This document shows, in pieces, positions 50,365-62,683 of a DNA stretch of 64,000 bases. The notes under the pieces were generated by a model. It made no database searches, was not told the DNA's origin, and saw only the letters and a list, made by a program, of their open reading frames with translations. Numbering within the stretch: the stretch's first letter is position 1; every line of letters starts with the position of its first letter. Made by a program: the position numbers and the translations under genes. Origin of the DNA: Camelus dromedarius (lineage: Eukaryota); the NCBI RefSeq assembly GCF_036321535.1, contig NC_087436.1:70310001-70374000 (forward strand). Direction: 5' to 3'.

Positions 50365-50849
50365 AATTACTATTATCCTATAATTGAAGAATTTTATTAA
50401 ATGAGTTACCAAATATTAAGTAAGTGCTCAATAAATGTTTATTATTATAGTTGTATTGGTATTTTTAATATGTGCACAAATTCTAATAGAATTATATTAG
50501 AAAATTTATTTAAAGCCTATCATATTGCAAGCCATGTTAATTATTTTACACAACTGCCCATATTAGATGAAATTCACTTTCTCATTGCTATTCCAAAGGT
50601 GATATTCTTCTCTATCTCCAAAAGAGTTTGAGAAAAACTTATACTGTAAGCTTAGTCTTGGGTCTAGTAGTAATGTAAAATAATTTTGCCTACTTGAAAA
50701 AATTGTGGCTATATTGCTCCCTTTATATTTCTGATTATGAAGTCAGAGAGATATTATAGAGAATCCATTTACAATGACTTAAATTCAAACATAGTATTTT
50801 GTCTTACAGGCCTAACTTAACTTGTAAAGAAAGCTCGGAACATTTATAA

Positions 50850-51310
50850 GGAGCTTTATTATTTGCAAAGGACCTTCACATACTTTATCATTTAATCCTC
50901 ACAATAACCTTGTGAGATAAATAGTAGTACTCACTTTTATAGATGAGAAAACTGAGGCTTACAGAGGTCACAATTTGCATATGATAAAGCCAGTATTTCT
51001 GTAAGAGACTGGATCACTGGAAAGGATTCTGTAGAAATGATGCCTACACGGGAAGGAATCTTGTAAAAGATCCTTGGGAGTCCTTTCAAATCCGTATTTC
51101 TGTGATTTCTGCAGTTTTAGGTGGGAGACAGCATGGTATGGTAGGAAACACACGTGAAGAGGTAAATTTACTATATCCTGGCCATGGGCAATTAATTCAG
51201 CCCCTCTGAACCTCAATTCCTCATCTATAAAATAGGAACTCTTTAATAATTTGCAGTGTTATTGAAAGAATGAAATGAGATAATGTAGAAAAGAGCCAGG
51301 CACTTAACTG
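50850..51310. mobile_element. Two MIR fragments in opposite orientation
   Basis: ttttatagatgagaaaactgaggcttacagagg (minus, ~50936) and ctctgaacctcaattcctcatctataaaatagg (plus, ~51205). Confidence 0.7.
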
Positions 51311-52619
51311 CTTGATGATAGAGCTACTGGTAATATGTGTAGATCCAAATACAGTAACACTTCCAATATAGCACACTTGCCACATAGCCCATTAGAGCCA
51401 TACTTTTGGAGGAGAGTATAGTACTACTAATTAGCAACTGTTTTGGTGAATGAGGAAAATGAATGGAGAATTTAATGAAGATGTTAAAGCAGAGAAGGGA
51501 ATTGCATAGAATGGAACCCATGGATATATATTTGAGATGAAGACTAAATAATCACAGTTAAAAGCAATGCAGCTGGAAGAAAGAATACTGCAGGATTAAG
51601 AAAGAGCCTGCGACCTAGCTTGTGGAAGCAAAAAGCATGAGAATCACTTGTCTAATCTTGGGCACGTTTCAGGAATGACCATGTATCAAAGAAGCCTCCA
51701 GCAACCTTTGTTGTTCAGGGAAATGGAAAGTTTCAGCAGTGGAGTGGGATGACTGACATTGGACATGGGCTTTATAGTCTGATAGACCTAAATTAAAATT
51801 TCGGCTGTGCTACTTGGTAGCTGTCTGACCTTGGATAAGTTATTTGACACCCCATGTCTCTTCTGTAAAAGAATGATAAATTCTAACTCATGGAGTTGTT
51901 TGCAAGATTAAATAAGATATATATGTAAAGTGTTTTTGTTTTTTGTTTATTGCTTCCTTTGCTAACAAAAATATAAGATCTGTATGGACAGGGCCTTTGT
52001 GTTGTCCCTATACCTGTTGTACACATGTACTATTATACCCTTAAACATTTGTTGAATGACCAAGTGAACTTGTCAAAGAGTGTGGGGTGTCTGTATATAA
52101 TAAGCCCATATGAATGATGTGAGGAAAATACTCCCAAGCTGCAGTGACATTTATAAAATTATCATGATCCATCCTTGTCTAAATTTCTATTACATTTATT
52201 GTCCAATCATTCAAGTAATATTTAATCACATCCTGTTGTATGTCCTAATCTATTTCATGTTCTATTTTCCCAAGTGGACTGTTAAGCTCATGGAGTATAG
52301 AGAATGGCATTTATCCATCATCATCCAGTCTGATGCTATGCTTGTAGATCTCCAGATTGGAATAAGAATATATGTTGTGAATTATTGGGCCACATAACCA
52401 GGAATTTATACCTGATAATGGTGATTGGTCGTGGTAGGATTTTGGCTGAAGTTGAAAATATGTTCTCTTCAGTGGATATTTGTCAGATGAAAGGCTGAAA
52501 GACATGATGTCAATGGACAACAAAAGGGCAGAAAGATCTATATGAGAGTATTTATGTTCTAATCCCAGAACAGAGTGTATGTGTTGGTGGATATTTTGAG
52601 GTTTCTTGATCTCAAAAAC

Positions 52620-52980
52620 ATGATGTCTCTTGCTTCTGGGCCTTTGTGCATGTCTTTGCCTGGAAAATTTACCTTACTTTCTCTCCTTTATTTCCTAATT
52701 CCTACTTGTTGTTCAGTTTTCAGCTCAAAGTCACTTTCTCCAAGACACCTCTGCAGTACTGAACTAAGTCTGGACAAAGTGTCTCTCATCTGGGTTCCCA
52801 TAGCACTCTGTGCTTCCCCTATTATAACACATACCAAAGTATACTGTAATTTTCTGTTTATTTGCTTGTGTTCCCAACTAGACAATAAATCCATAAAGAT
52901 AAAAGTTGTAGATACCTTACCATTATACCATAGTACTGTGTCTATTACTCAATAAATATTTGTTGAATAAATGAATGAAA
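52620..52980 (+). mobile_element. L2 3' end
   Basis: Ends ctcaataaatatttgttgaataaatgaatga, the canonical L2 tail. Confidence 0.7.
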
Positions 52981-54629
52981 AGTGACTAAAGGAAAGGAAA
53001 AAAATCTTCAAAATAATAGCTGTCATTTGTTGGATGACTATTAAGTTACTGGGCCTTTATATAAGTTAATGTTTAATCCTTGCAACAATCTGGATGGAGC
53101 AATTGAGTTCAGAGAACTTAACTTGGCCAAAGTGATACTACTGAGATTTGAACCAGGATCTCTAGATCCAAAGCCTCTGCCCTTTCCGCTTGGTAATACC
53201 TCATGCCTTACGTTTGTATAAGTTGTTACAGTCTACAAAATTTTTTATTTCTTTATAACACCCTTGTGAAGCTAGATGTTACCTTCCACTTTATACCTAG
53301 GAACTGGCAAAGCCATGATTTTAAAATTAGACAGTTTGGAACTGCTTTCATTCCCTTTTCATAATAATACAACTGTCTCATTCTTGGGGATTCAGAGGTG
53401 TAAGGCCATTACAAAAGTGGTGAGATAATAAAATTTTAAAAATTATAAGATGTTTTTGATTTATAAATATTAGAAACAATTCTAGGTAGATGTATTTTAG
53501 CAGGGCTGGAATAAATTCCATATTTTCTTTGTCATTTTTTTCCAAGAAGGGGAAAAATGAACAAAGTTGGGGATGATTGTTGTTAATACCATCAAGTGCT
53601 TTCTTCTCTTTGATATCTAATTGTTTCCTGGCCTCATATTGCTATGAGCTCAAAAATCATAGCAGCTCTACAGAAGAGATTCTTGCTGGTGGGGCAAAAC
53701 GTACTGTTGGGTGAATTTAATGCAGCTCCTTCCTGCCATTACCCTCCTGGTAGCAGTTTGTTTTGCAGTTACTTTGTTTATCCCACACCCCTCAACTTGT
53801 GGCTTCTGGTAGGAGGGAGTTTAGTGGGTTTGCCCTGGAGGTCATTGACTTTGGCCACTTTTGGCCAGTGACTTGACTTTGCTCTTTACTCTCCCACCAA
53901 AAATTACTTCTGTTGAGAAGTAAGGGGAGTGAGAATAGGATAGTAGAGAGTGTTGTATTTTTGACTGAAACAAGCAGAGGCTCAGAACTAAGGAAAGTAA
54001 ATCTCCACAACACCTTTCTAAAAGTAGAGAAGTCTCCCACACGTGCAGAGAAAAGAAAATTTAGTGTGAAAAGAAATTCAAATTTATTTTCTTAGTCCTG
54101 CTAGAGTCCTGGCAACTGCTTTGATCCATATGGGTCACTGGATGGTTGGGCAATACAAATGCAAACTCTCAAAAAGGAAAGAGTATTTTTTTAATTTCAA
54201 AAAGTATTTTTTAAAAGCATTAGAAAATTATAGTTTTCTAAGACCACAATTAACCAAAATTTGATTATCTCTTAATAAAATATTAGACTTAAATGAAAGA
54301 CTTCAAAACCAACTGTCAATTTGAAAATAAATTGCTCTAAAGCAAATATAATCCCAATGTATATCTTGATTATTTGCTACTGTGTTCTGCCCTGTACTGT
54401 TCTGTTAATGTTTGATGAAGCCGCAGTTCATTATTTACTTTTCTTTGATCTCTACACCAGCTAAATACATTTGTGTTTCTGTTTTTCTTGTGACTTTGCA
54501 TTTGTACTATCTGGCATTGGAACTTTGCTGAACAGGTAAGTTAGACCTTTTATGGTAGAGAAAGAAAAGAATGTGAGTAACCCAGGCCGAAGTAGGTTGT
54601 GGATGAATAGAAGAAAATCCCAGGCTAGT

Positions 54630-56810
54630 TTTTAAAATTTGAGGTATAGTTTATATACAAATTTATAATATAAATAATATAAAATATGTCAATTTACAGT
54701 AGTCTGTAAATTTTAAACAAACATTTAAAAGTAGGTATAACATGCATCTAACTGTGAGCCGTCAAAATACAGAACATTTTCAGTACCACAGAAGGCTCTT
54801 AGATGTGCCTTCCCTGACATTACCTACTCACAAGGAAAACCACTATTCTCATTTCCATCACCGTAAATTAGTGATGTCAGGAGAGCCGTTTTTACCAGTG
54901 TTTTCCACATGAGACCTCATGAATGGGAATGACTGATACAGAGCTGGCAATTGAGAGTAAGTTCAAATTCTGTGGGATGAATATGTAACAGTCATGGTGC
55001 GCTCATTGCTTCCTAAAGACAGATATTCCCAACTGGTTCTATTCAGTTCCACACTGGCCAGGGGACAGTTTTCCCTTAGGTATCCATCTCCACATAGGAT
55101 GTCCAAATTCCCACATTAAGTCCCACTTGCTCTTCAAGGGACATTTTGAGTGTCCAGGTTGGTTAGATGGTTAATGTTCACAGGAAAAGGGTCAATGCGG
55201 GGTACACATTAAGAATAATTCATCACAGAGTCCTTTTCTCCATGCTCCTGGACGTAAAAATCCCCACTTCACTTTGAAAGGGCCTCTAGTCCTGGATCCC
55301 ATCCAGGTCTGTTCTCCATCTCTGCTTGTCTTTATCTTAGCTCCAGGCATATTTACTCTTAGGAAGCAAAAAGGCTGGACTCATACACCCATACTTTTTC
55401 TGTCTCACACCTAATCTGTTGGGCTTTGGGGTCTTTGTTTCTGCTTCTGGGCTAAGGGAAGATAATAATGATCTTGGAAATCGTTCCGTATCAGTCCTTA
55501 CAGATTTGCCTTACTCTTAGAAGGTTGCATATGATTCCATTATATAGATGTATCCCAATTGGTTCAATATTTTGATATTTTAAATAATGCTGCATGAATA
55601 TCTTTGCATATGTCTCTTCTCATTTGTATCAAATGAGGATAAATTCCTAGGAGAAATTTCTGAGTCAAAGATGTATATACACTTAAAATTTAATTTTAAT
55701 AGTGCCAAATTGTTCTCAGTAGAGCTAGTACCAATTTATACTCCCACCGGCAATGTATGGATATTCCTTTTTGTACTTGCTGAAAATTTGTTTTTTAAAA
55801 AATTTTTGCCTAGTGTTTTTGCTGTGTGGAAATTTAAAATTTTAATGTATTTAAACTTAATCAGTTTTTAATGATTTCTGGGTTTTGTGGTATATTTAGT
55901 AAGGACCTCCTTACTCTGAGTCTATGCTTCATGGTTTTTCTCCCCCCACTTTTGTGTTTTAAAAAAAATATTTAAAACTTTTATGTACTAAAAATTTATT
56001 TTGACATGAATGTGACATAATTTTTAATAGATAGCTAACCTACTTGTTCTAAAACCATTTACTTAATAATCCATCTCCCTCTGATGTGCAATGCCACCTT
56101 TATACTAAATTCTTTAATATATCTCTGTCTTTTCTAGACCTTCTATTTTGTTTCACTCATCTGTCTGTCACTCATTCAGTAGCACCACACTATTTTAATT
56201 GGTGAAGTTTGAAAATAAAAATACACATGGTGGGCTTGTTCCCCTCTTATTATTAATTTTATATTTTTAGAGTTTCCCAGCCTTTTGATTTTTTTCTCTT
56301 CCATATGCACTTTAAATATACCTCACTATTTTTCCAGCAAAAATTCTGATTGTATTTTTATTGTGATCATATTAAATTATAAATTTAAATTAGGGAGAAA
56401 TGCTCTCTTCTTGATGTTGAGTCTTCCTAATCATGAACGTGGTATTAATTTTCATGTGTTCAAGGTTATTCTTTGTATTCCTTAGTAGTATTGCAAAATT
56501 TTCTCCATAGTTCTTGCACATTTCTTGTCAAGTTTATTCCTAAATATTTTGCCATGTTCTATTGTTATTATAAATGGGATTTTTATCTTTGTATTTTTAA
56601 ACTGGATGTTTGTATTAATACATGTGAAGACAATTAATACTTGTATACTAATTTTGTAACCATTCACATTGCTGACTTCTCTTTTAAAAGAAGAAATTTG
56701 TCTTTTGTTCTCCCTTTAAAAGTTGAAGCAATTGATAGATGATCTACAAGTTATAATGTTTGTCTCCTACAGTATTAGGTAATAATTATGAGAATGGTCA
56801 TCTTTGAACT
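54630..56810 (-). mobile_element. Ancient L1ME-like element interrupted by a probable LTR (~54872-55502)
   Basis: Antisense L1M motifs lie on both sides (ccaatttatactcccacc; gttgagtcttcctaatcatgaac) of a ~630-bp TG...CA-bounded, more GC-rich insert whose family I could not identify. Confidence 0.55.
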
Positions 56811-57633
56811 AACATTTAAATTCATGTAAAGTTATCAAAAAGGCTATAAAATATGCTTCCTTAAAACCACCACAGCGCATATGTTTTTAGAAAGGAAATG
56901 GCATAAAGTCAAAATGCTTTTTGAAAGGGTATCTTATGTGTTCGAATCTGTCACGTATTTGTTCAAATGAATCTTCTCAGTGATAACCTTCCCTGGCCAC
57001 CTATTTAAAATTGCACTGGTCCCCCACCCCATCCCCCTTCCCGGGCCTTCCTGGCCTCATGTCCTGGTTCATTTTCCTCCTTAGTGTTATCACCGTTCCC
57101 CAAGGTCCCTCCACTGGAAACAACAGCAGGGATTTTTACCTTTCTTGTTTGCTTGTTTACTGCTATATCTTTGGCATCTAGAACAATACTGGGCACATCA
57201 TAAATGCTCAGTAAAAACTTGATGGATAACAGACATTTCTTAGAAATTCAGGAAAGGTGCTATAAGTGACTTGCTTGCCCCCAGGTAGATGCCGGTGTAG
57301 AATAGGAATTAATTACCTGAAGAACTAGGTGATATTTAAAATTTTGTTGTGACATTATCACAGTTTAAATTTCTGGCACATTTCTGTTTTCTCCATAGTG
57401 ATGAACAAGTCTTCGAATCCCAGTGGGTTTGGGAAGATGAGGACCAGGTGGTGGCAGCTGTGAAGAGGAGACTAGGCTCAGCCATGAGGCAGCAGGAATT
57501 CCCATAAAGCTCCCTGGCTGGTATCCATTTTGAAGAACAAATTATTTTTCATTTCTTTTGCATCAATAACCACAAAAGTATTTCACTAGGAAGAGAATTC
57601 GCCAGGAGGACCTGAATCCCACAGTACAGTCTT

Positions 57634-57686
57634 CGTGGGAGGAGGTGACCTGCGTGTCCTTCTACTCAGCCATCTTGGCACTACCC
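57634..57686 (-). mobile_element. Tailless L1 5'-terminus insertion
   Basis: Minus strand GGGTAGTGCCAAGATGGCTGAGTAGAAGGACACGCAGGTCACCTCCTCCCACG resembles the start of an L1 5'UTR; flanked by CCCACRGTACARTCTT repeats (57618-57633, 57687-57702). Confidence 0.7.
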
Positions 57687-58554
57687 CCCACGGTACAATC
57701 TTAATATTGCTCAAAATAGCTTTTCTTTTCTTTGAACCTAATTTACCATTAAAATTAAACACAGAAAAATTCTTTCACTAAAGCAGCGAGAGACTTCATC
57801 TCTAAGGGAGACAGTTTGGGCTCAGAATGTAACTAAGAAAAAGGGAGGGAGGGAGAAAGGGAGAGAAAGAGAAAGGTTATGCGGTTCAAACAAATTAGCT
57901 GGTGATATTTTGTGCAAGTTCTGTTGGAAAATTGTTCTAGTTGCCTTAGTGTGGGAAAATGAGTTGCTCAGCAGTGACTGCTAAAAATACAGCAACTAGA
58001 AAGACAAGGTTGCTGGATGCTGGCACATTTGCCTGGCTAGTGCTTGGTGGTTGTTTGTTCTGCGGTCTAGTTGCAGTAGAGTGCCGATGCCTCTCCTCTG
58101 AGTTTGCTCAGGTAGGATGGGGATTAACCTGAATCTGGAGGACCGGTAACAAGGCTTAATTCAGAGGCAGAAATTGGGGATCTCCAGCTCAGACGCGCTC
58201 TTCGCTTTTGTGCTATTATTGGCACCGTGATTAGGCTGAATTTAGACTACCATTCCCATCTCACCTGATGGGAAAATAGGAGGTTACTGCATTAGGACTG
58301 AAGGAAATCATGAATGTCCGCCTGCTATTAACAATGTTTTCAGATAAAAATTACAAGAGCCATATGTTATGACCCTGAAGTGGATTTCAAAGCAGTCTGT
58401 AGTTCATCAGAACCAGTCTCTGCCCTCCTAGTATCGTGGTTCCTGTTCATGTATTCCTTTCCTTCCTTCCACTCCATCCCAGATACAAATAAAGGACTGG
58501 CTTCTTCAGTAGGGTAAAGGAAATGTAATCCCATCTTTTGTTTCTCATTTCAAT

Positions 58555-59040
58555 CAGAGACAAGACAAAAGACCTTACTATGCTCCACAAGGTACCGCAT
58601 GATCTCCACTTCTTACTGCTTTCCTCCTTGCTCACTTCACAGCAGACTGGCCTCTGCTGTTCCTTGAATACACCAGGCACACTGGTCCCAGGGACTTTGC
58701 CCTGCTGGGTGCTTCTCTTGGCATACTTACCCCCCAGATCTCTTCATGGCTTACTCCCGCACTTCCTTCAGGTTTCTGCTTAAATGTCATCTTATTAAAC
58801 AGGCCTTAGCTGACCACCCTATCTACCTGCCTTTGCTATTCCTTTTACCCTGCCTTGTGTTTGGTTATTGTTTTTACCACCACTTGACAAATTATTTATT
58901 TGTTTATAGTCTGTCTGCCTGCACTAGAATGTAAACTCCACCAGAGCAGGGACTTGTTTTGTTCACCACTGTGTTCTCAGTGCCTAGAATGGTATCTGAC
59001 AAATGAAGTAGATGCTTGATAAATACTGGTTGAATAAATA
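58555..59040 (+). mobile_element. L2 3' region
   Basis: actggcctctgctgttccttgaatacaccaggcac...cactagaatgtaaactcc...gtgcctagaat...ttgaataaata. Confidence 0.8.
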
Positions 59041-60081
59041 AAATTTCCTTTAGTTCTTGACACTTTAATGTACAGGTTTATTTGTTTTTGTTTCCTGTAA
59101 TGTACTTGATTCTTCTGTAGTACATGGATGTATTTGTATTTTGCATTAGCAGGCATTTATTTTTGCAAAATATTTTGTATATATGAACTTTTAAAAATCA
59201 AACATGATAGGATATGTGTGAAGGTTCTATATGAAGCTGATTAATAAAAAATGGTCCTGGAATTCTTAGAGTATATATTTTTAATTTTGGTTTTTATCTT
59301 TTTCTACCCATCACACTCTACGTTGGGTAGACAAAGACTAAAATAAGATATTTATTCAACTCTTCATTATCCATGCTAATGAGCAAGTTACTTGCTATAA
59401 CAATTTTGCTTGTGTTTGTCATTAGACTTTTGCTCATTTTAAGAGGATCAGTATTTTGGATGAGAAATTTTGGTTATAGGCTACATAGGGGAAAAAAGTA
59501 AGTAAGGAATAAGGTAGCAGGTGGTTTTGTTATGTATTCTGCTTAATGATACCTAAGGATTTGAAAGCAAGATTTGGTATGGTCCCACTCCCCTTGTTTT
59601 TTCTCCTACTGTACTCAATTAGTTTCTTCCAATAAAAATAGATAATTAAGATTTTTTTCTGTACATTAGCAGATAACAGAATTACTGAATATAGTAATAT
59701 AGTGAATTATTATACATTATTTAGAGAAATTAGTGCAGATATATTTATGTTAATCGGGTGTGAGTTTCAGGAAAATGCATATTCAGATAGAATGGGTCTT
59801 CTTTTCATCCTATTCCTTGGGAAAATCTTGATAGGAAAAGATGAGATTCTAGAAACTAAAAGAAAAAAGGATGTATTCCATGTAGAACAGATAGCACAAG
59901 AAAAGATTTGGATATAGTACTGTTGTGCCATGAAGGGGTTCTGGAAGTTAACCAAGACACTGTAGATCCTCAACATGCATCAAACCATTGCTGAACGTAC
60001 AGTTGGCATTTATTCATTAATTCGCTTATTCTTCATTTATTTATCAGACATTAGTTGAATGCCCAGTATATTCCAGATTTT

Positions 60082-60731
60082 TGTTGTTGAAATTAATTGA
60101 TTTACAATATTATATTAGTTTCAGGTATGAATATCATAGTGTTTCAACATTTTTTTAAAGATTATACTCCATTTAAAGTTATTAAAAATAATGGCTATAT
60201 TTTCCTGTACTGTACAATGTTCCTTGTAGCTTATTTATTTTAAACATAGTAGTTTGTATCTCTTAATCCCCTACCCCTATATCGCCTCTCCCTCCTTCCC
60301 TCTCCCCACTGATAACTACTAGTTTGTTCTCTATTATCTGTAAGTCTGTTTCTGTTTTGTTACATTCATTCATTTGTTTTATTTTTTAGATTCCACATAT
60401 AAGTGACAACATAAAGTATTTGTCTTTCTTTTTCTGACTTATTTCACTCAGCATAGTACCCTCCAGGTCCATCCACATTGTTGCCAATGGCAGCATTTCA
60501 TTCTATTCTATGGCAGAGTAATATTCCATTGTATGTATATACCACAACTTCCTTATCCATTCATCTTTGATGGACACTTGGGTTGCTTTCCTATCTTGGC
60601 TATTGTAAATAATGCTGCTATGGGCATTGTGGTGCATGTATCTGTTTGAATTAGTGTTTTCATTTTCTTCAGAAATGAGTACTTCCAAGAGTAGTTCTGT
60701 TCTTTTTGTTTTTTGAGGAATCTCCACATTG
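60082..60731 (-). mobile_element. 5'-truncated L1 3' end inserted into an L2
   Basis: Antisense L1 3'UTR/ORF2 end (translation ...EWIRKLWYIHTMEYYSAI); TSD TTCCAGATTTT at 60071-60081 and 60732-60742. Confidence 0.88.
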
Positions 60732-61034
60732 TTCCAGATTTTAAAAAATTGTTTATTTAAAAATACAAAGTTGAATAATAGTACTGTACCCTCAAGTTGT
60801 TCACAACCTAGTTAGGAATAGAAATACTGTACATCAATCAGTAAGTGTAATGAGTCAGTTAGAAATCTATTCAAGGTATGGGAGAGGTGTAGATTTGGCC
60901 CCAGAAGGGAATTATCAATTTAAACCGGGCAGAGTTTTTCTGAGAGGACCATGGTATAAGTAGAATCTAAGAGGAGCTTAAGAAGAGAGCTTGCATGTCA
61001 AGGAAGAGATCGAATGATGTTTAAAAAATTATTT

Positions 61035-61420
61035 GGTATAAAAAAAAGTAGATACATTGTGCATCATCAGAATTAAAAACTGCTTCAAAGGACACCATTC
61101 AAAAAATGAAAAGACAGCCCACAGAATGGGAGAAAATTTTTGCAAATCATATATCTGATAAGAGATATATCTAGAATACATAAAGAACTCCTAAAATTCA
61201 GCAATGCAAAGATAAATAACCTAATTTAAAAATGAGCAAAGCATCTAGATATTTCTCCAAAGAAAATATACAAATGGCTAATAACACGTAAAAAGATGCA
61301 TAATATCATGTAATATCATTAACTATCAGGGAAATGCAAATCAAAATCACACAGATAATACTTCACACCTAATAAGATGCCTATAATTAAAAAAAGACAT
61401 ATGATAACAAGTGTTGTCAA
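61035..61420 (+). mobile_element. L1 ORF2 fragment
   Basis: aaatgaaaagacagcccacagaatgggagaaaatttttgcaaatcatatatctgataag (KRQPTEWEKIFANHISDK). Confidence 0.85.
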
Positions 61421-61919
61421 GAAGAGAAATTGGCATCATGTTGACAAACGTTCCACCCACACTCTGTGGGAGGGGATTATACAACGGCCTGTACACCAGC
61501 AGGGAATCTTGGGGCCCATCTTAGAATTCTGCCCCCTGGCGTTTACTTTTACTCTGCCCAATTTTCTCTTTACTCTTTTGTTCTATTACTGGGAGATTTC
61601 CTCAACTTATCTTCCAAATCTTGGATCGAGTGTTTTCGAAATTTTGGCAATCACATTTAACTTCTAAGAGTTCTTTCATGGTTTTTTAAAAATATTCTTT
61701 TATAAATAAAAATCTAAGGTAGGTGTATGTTATAACCTCTCTCACCTCTCTGAGTTTAATTATAGTCAACAATTTAAAAATCTTGTACCCTGCATTGCCT
61801 ATTTCTTCAAAATTTTGTTTTGTTTTGTTTTCCCCCCGTTTGTATGTTTTAGCCTCTGACTTTCATGTTGCAGATGGTCCTTAAATGTTTGGTGATTTCT
61901 TTACTGTTCACTCATGTAA

Positions 61920-62683
61920 TTTTTTTTAATCAAAGTAGAGTCAATTTACAATGTTGTGTTAGTTTCTGGTGTACAGCATAGTGATTCAGTTATATATATA
62001 TATATTCCTTTTCATATTCTTTTTCACTATAGGTTATTACAAGATATTGAATACATTTCCCTGTGCTTTACAGTAGGACCTTGTTGTTTATCTATTTTAA
62101 ATGTAGTAGTTAGTATCTGCAAATCCTGAACTCCCAATTTATACCTCCTCTCCCTCCTTTTCCTCACTGGTAACCAGAAGTTTGTTCTCTATGTCTGTAA
62201 GTCTGTTTGGTTTTGTAAATAAGTTCATTTGTATCATTTTCTTTTAGATTCTTCATGTAAATGATATAATATGGCATTTATCTCTTTCTGGCTTACTTCA
62301 CTTAGTATGATGACCTCTAGGTTCATCCATGTTTCTGCAGATGGAATTATTTCATTCCTTTTTATGGCTGAGTAATATTACATTGCATATATATACCATA
62401 TCTTCTTTATCCAATCATCTGTCAATGGGCATTTAGTTTGCTTCCATGTCTTGTCTATTGTAAATAGTGCTGCTATGAAGATTGGGGTGCATGTATCTTT
62501 TCAAATCAGTTTCCTCCAGATATATGCCCTTGAGTGGGACTACTAGATCATATGGTAAGTCTATTTTCAGTTTTTTCAGGAACCTCCATACTGTCCTCCA
62601 TAGTGGTTGCACCAAATTACATTCCCACAAACAGTGTAGGCGGGCTCCCTTTTCTCCACACCCTCTCCAGGATTTATCATTTG
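61920..62683 (-). mobile_element. 5'-truncated L1 3' end
   Basis: Minus-strand ORF reads [13 protein letters not shown] ...[27 protein letters not shown]; imperfect TSD TGTYCACTCATRT at 61905-61917 and 62684-62696. Confidence 0.88.

Noticed and set aside
57399..57633. Possible processed pseudogene or spliced L1-chimera extending left of the L1 5' fragment
   Set aside because: The direct repeats close the insertion at 57618-57633, and no ORF, poly(A) tail or recognisable gene similarity lies to the left.
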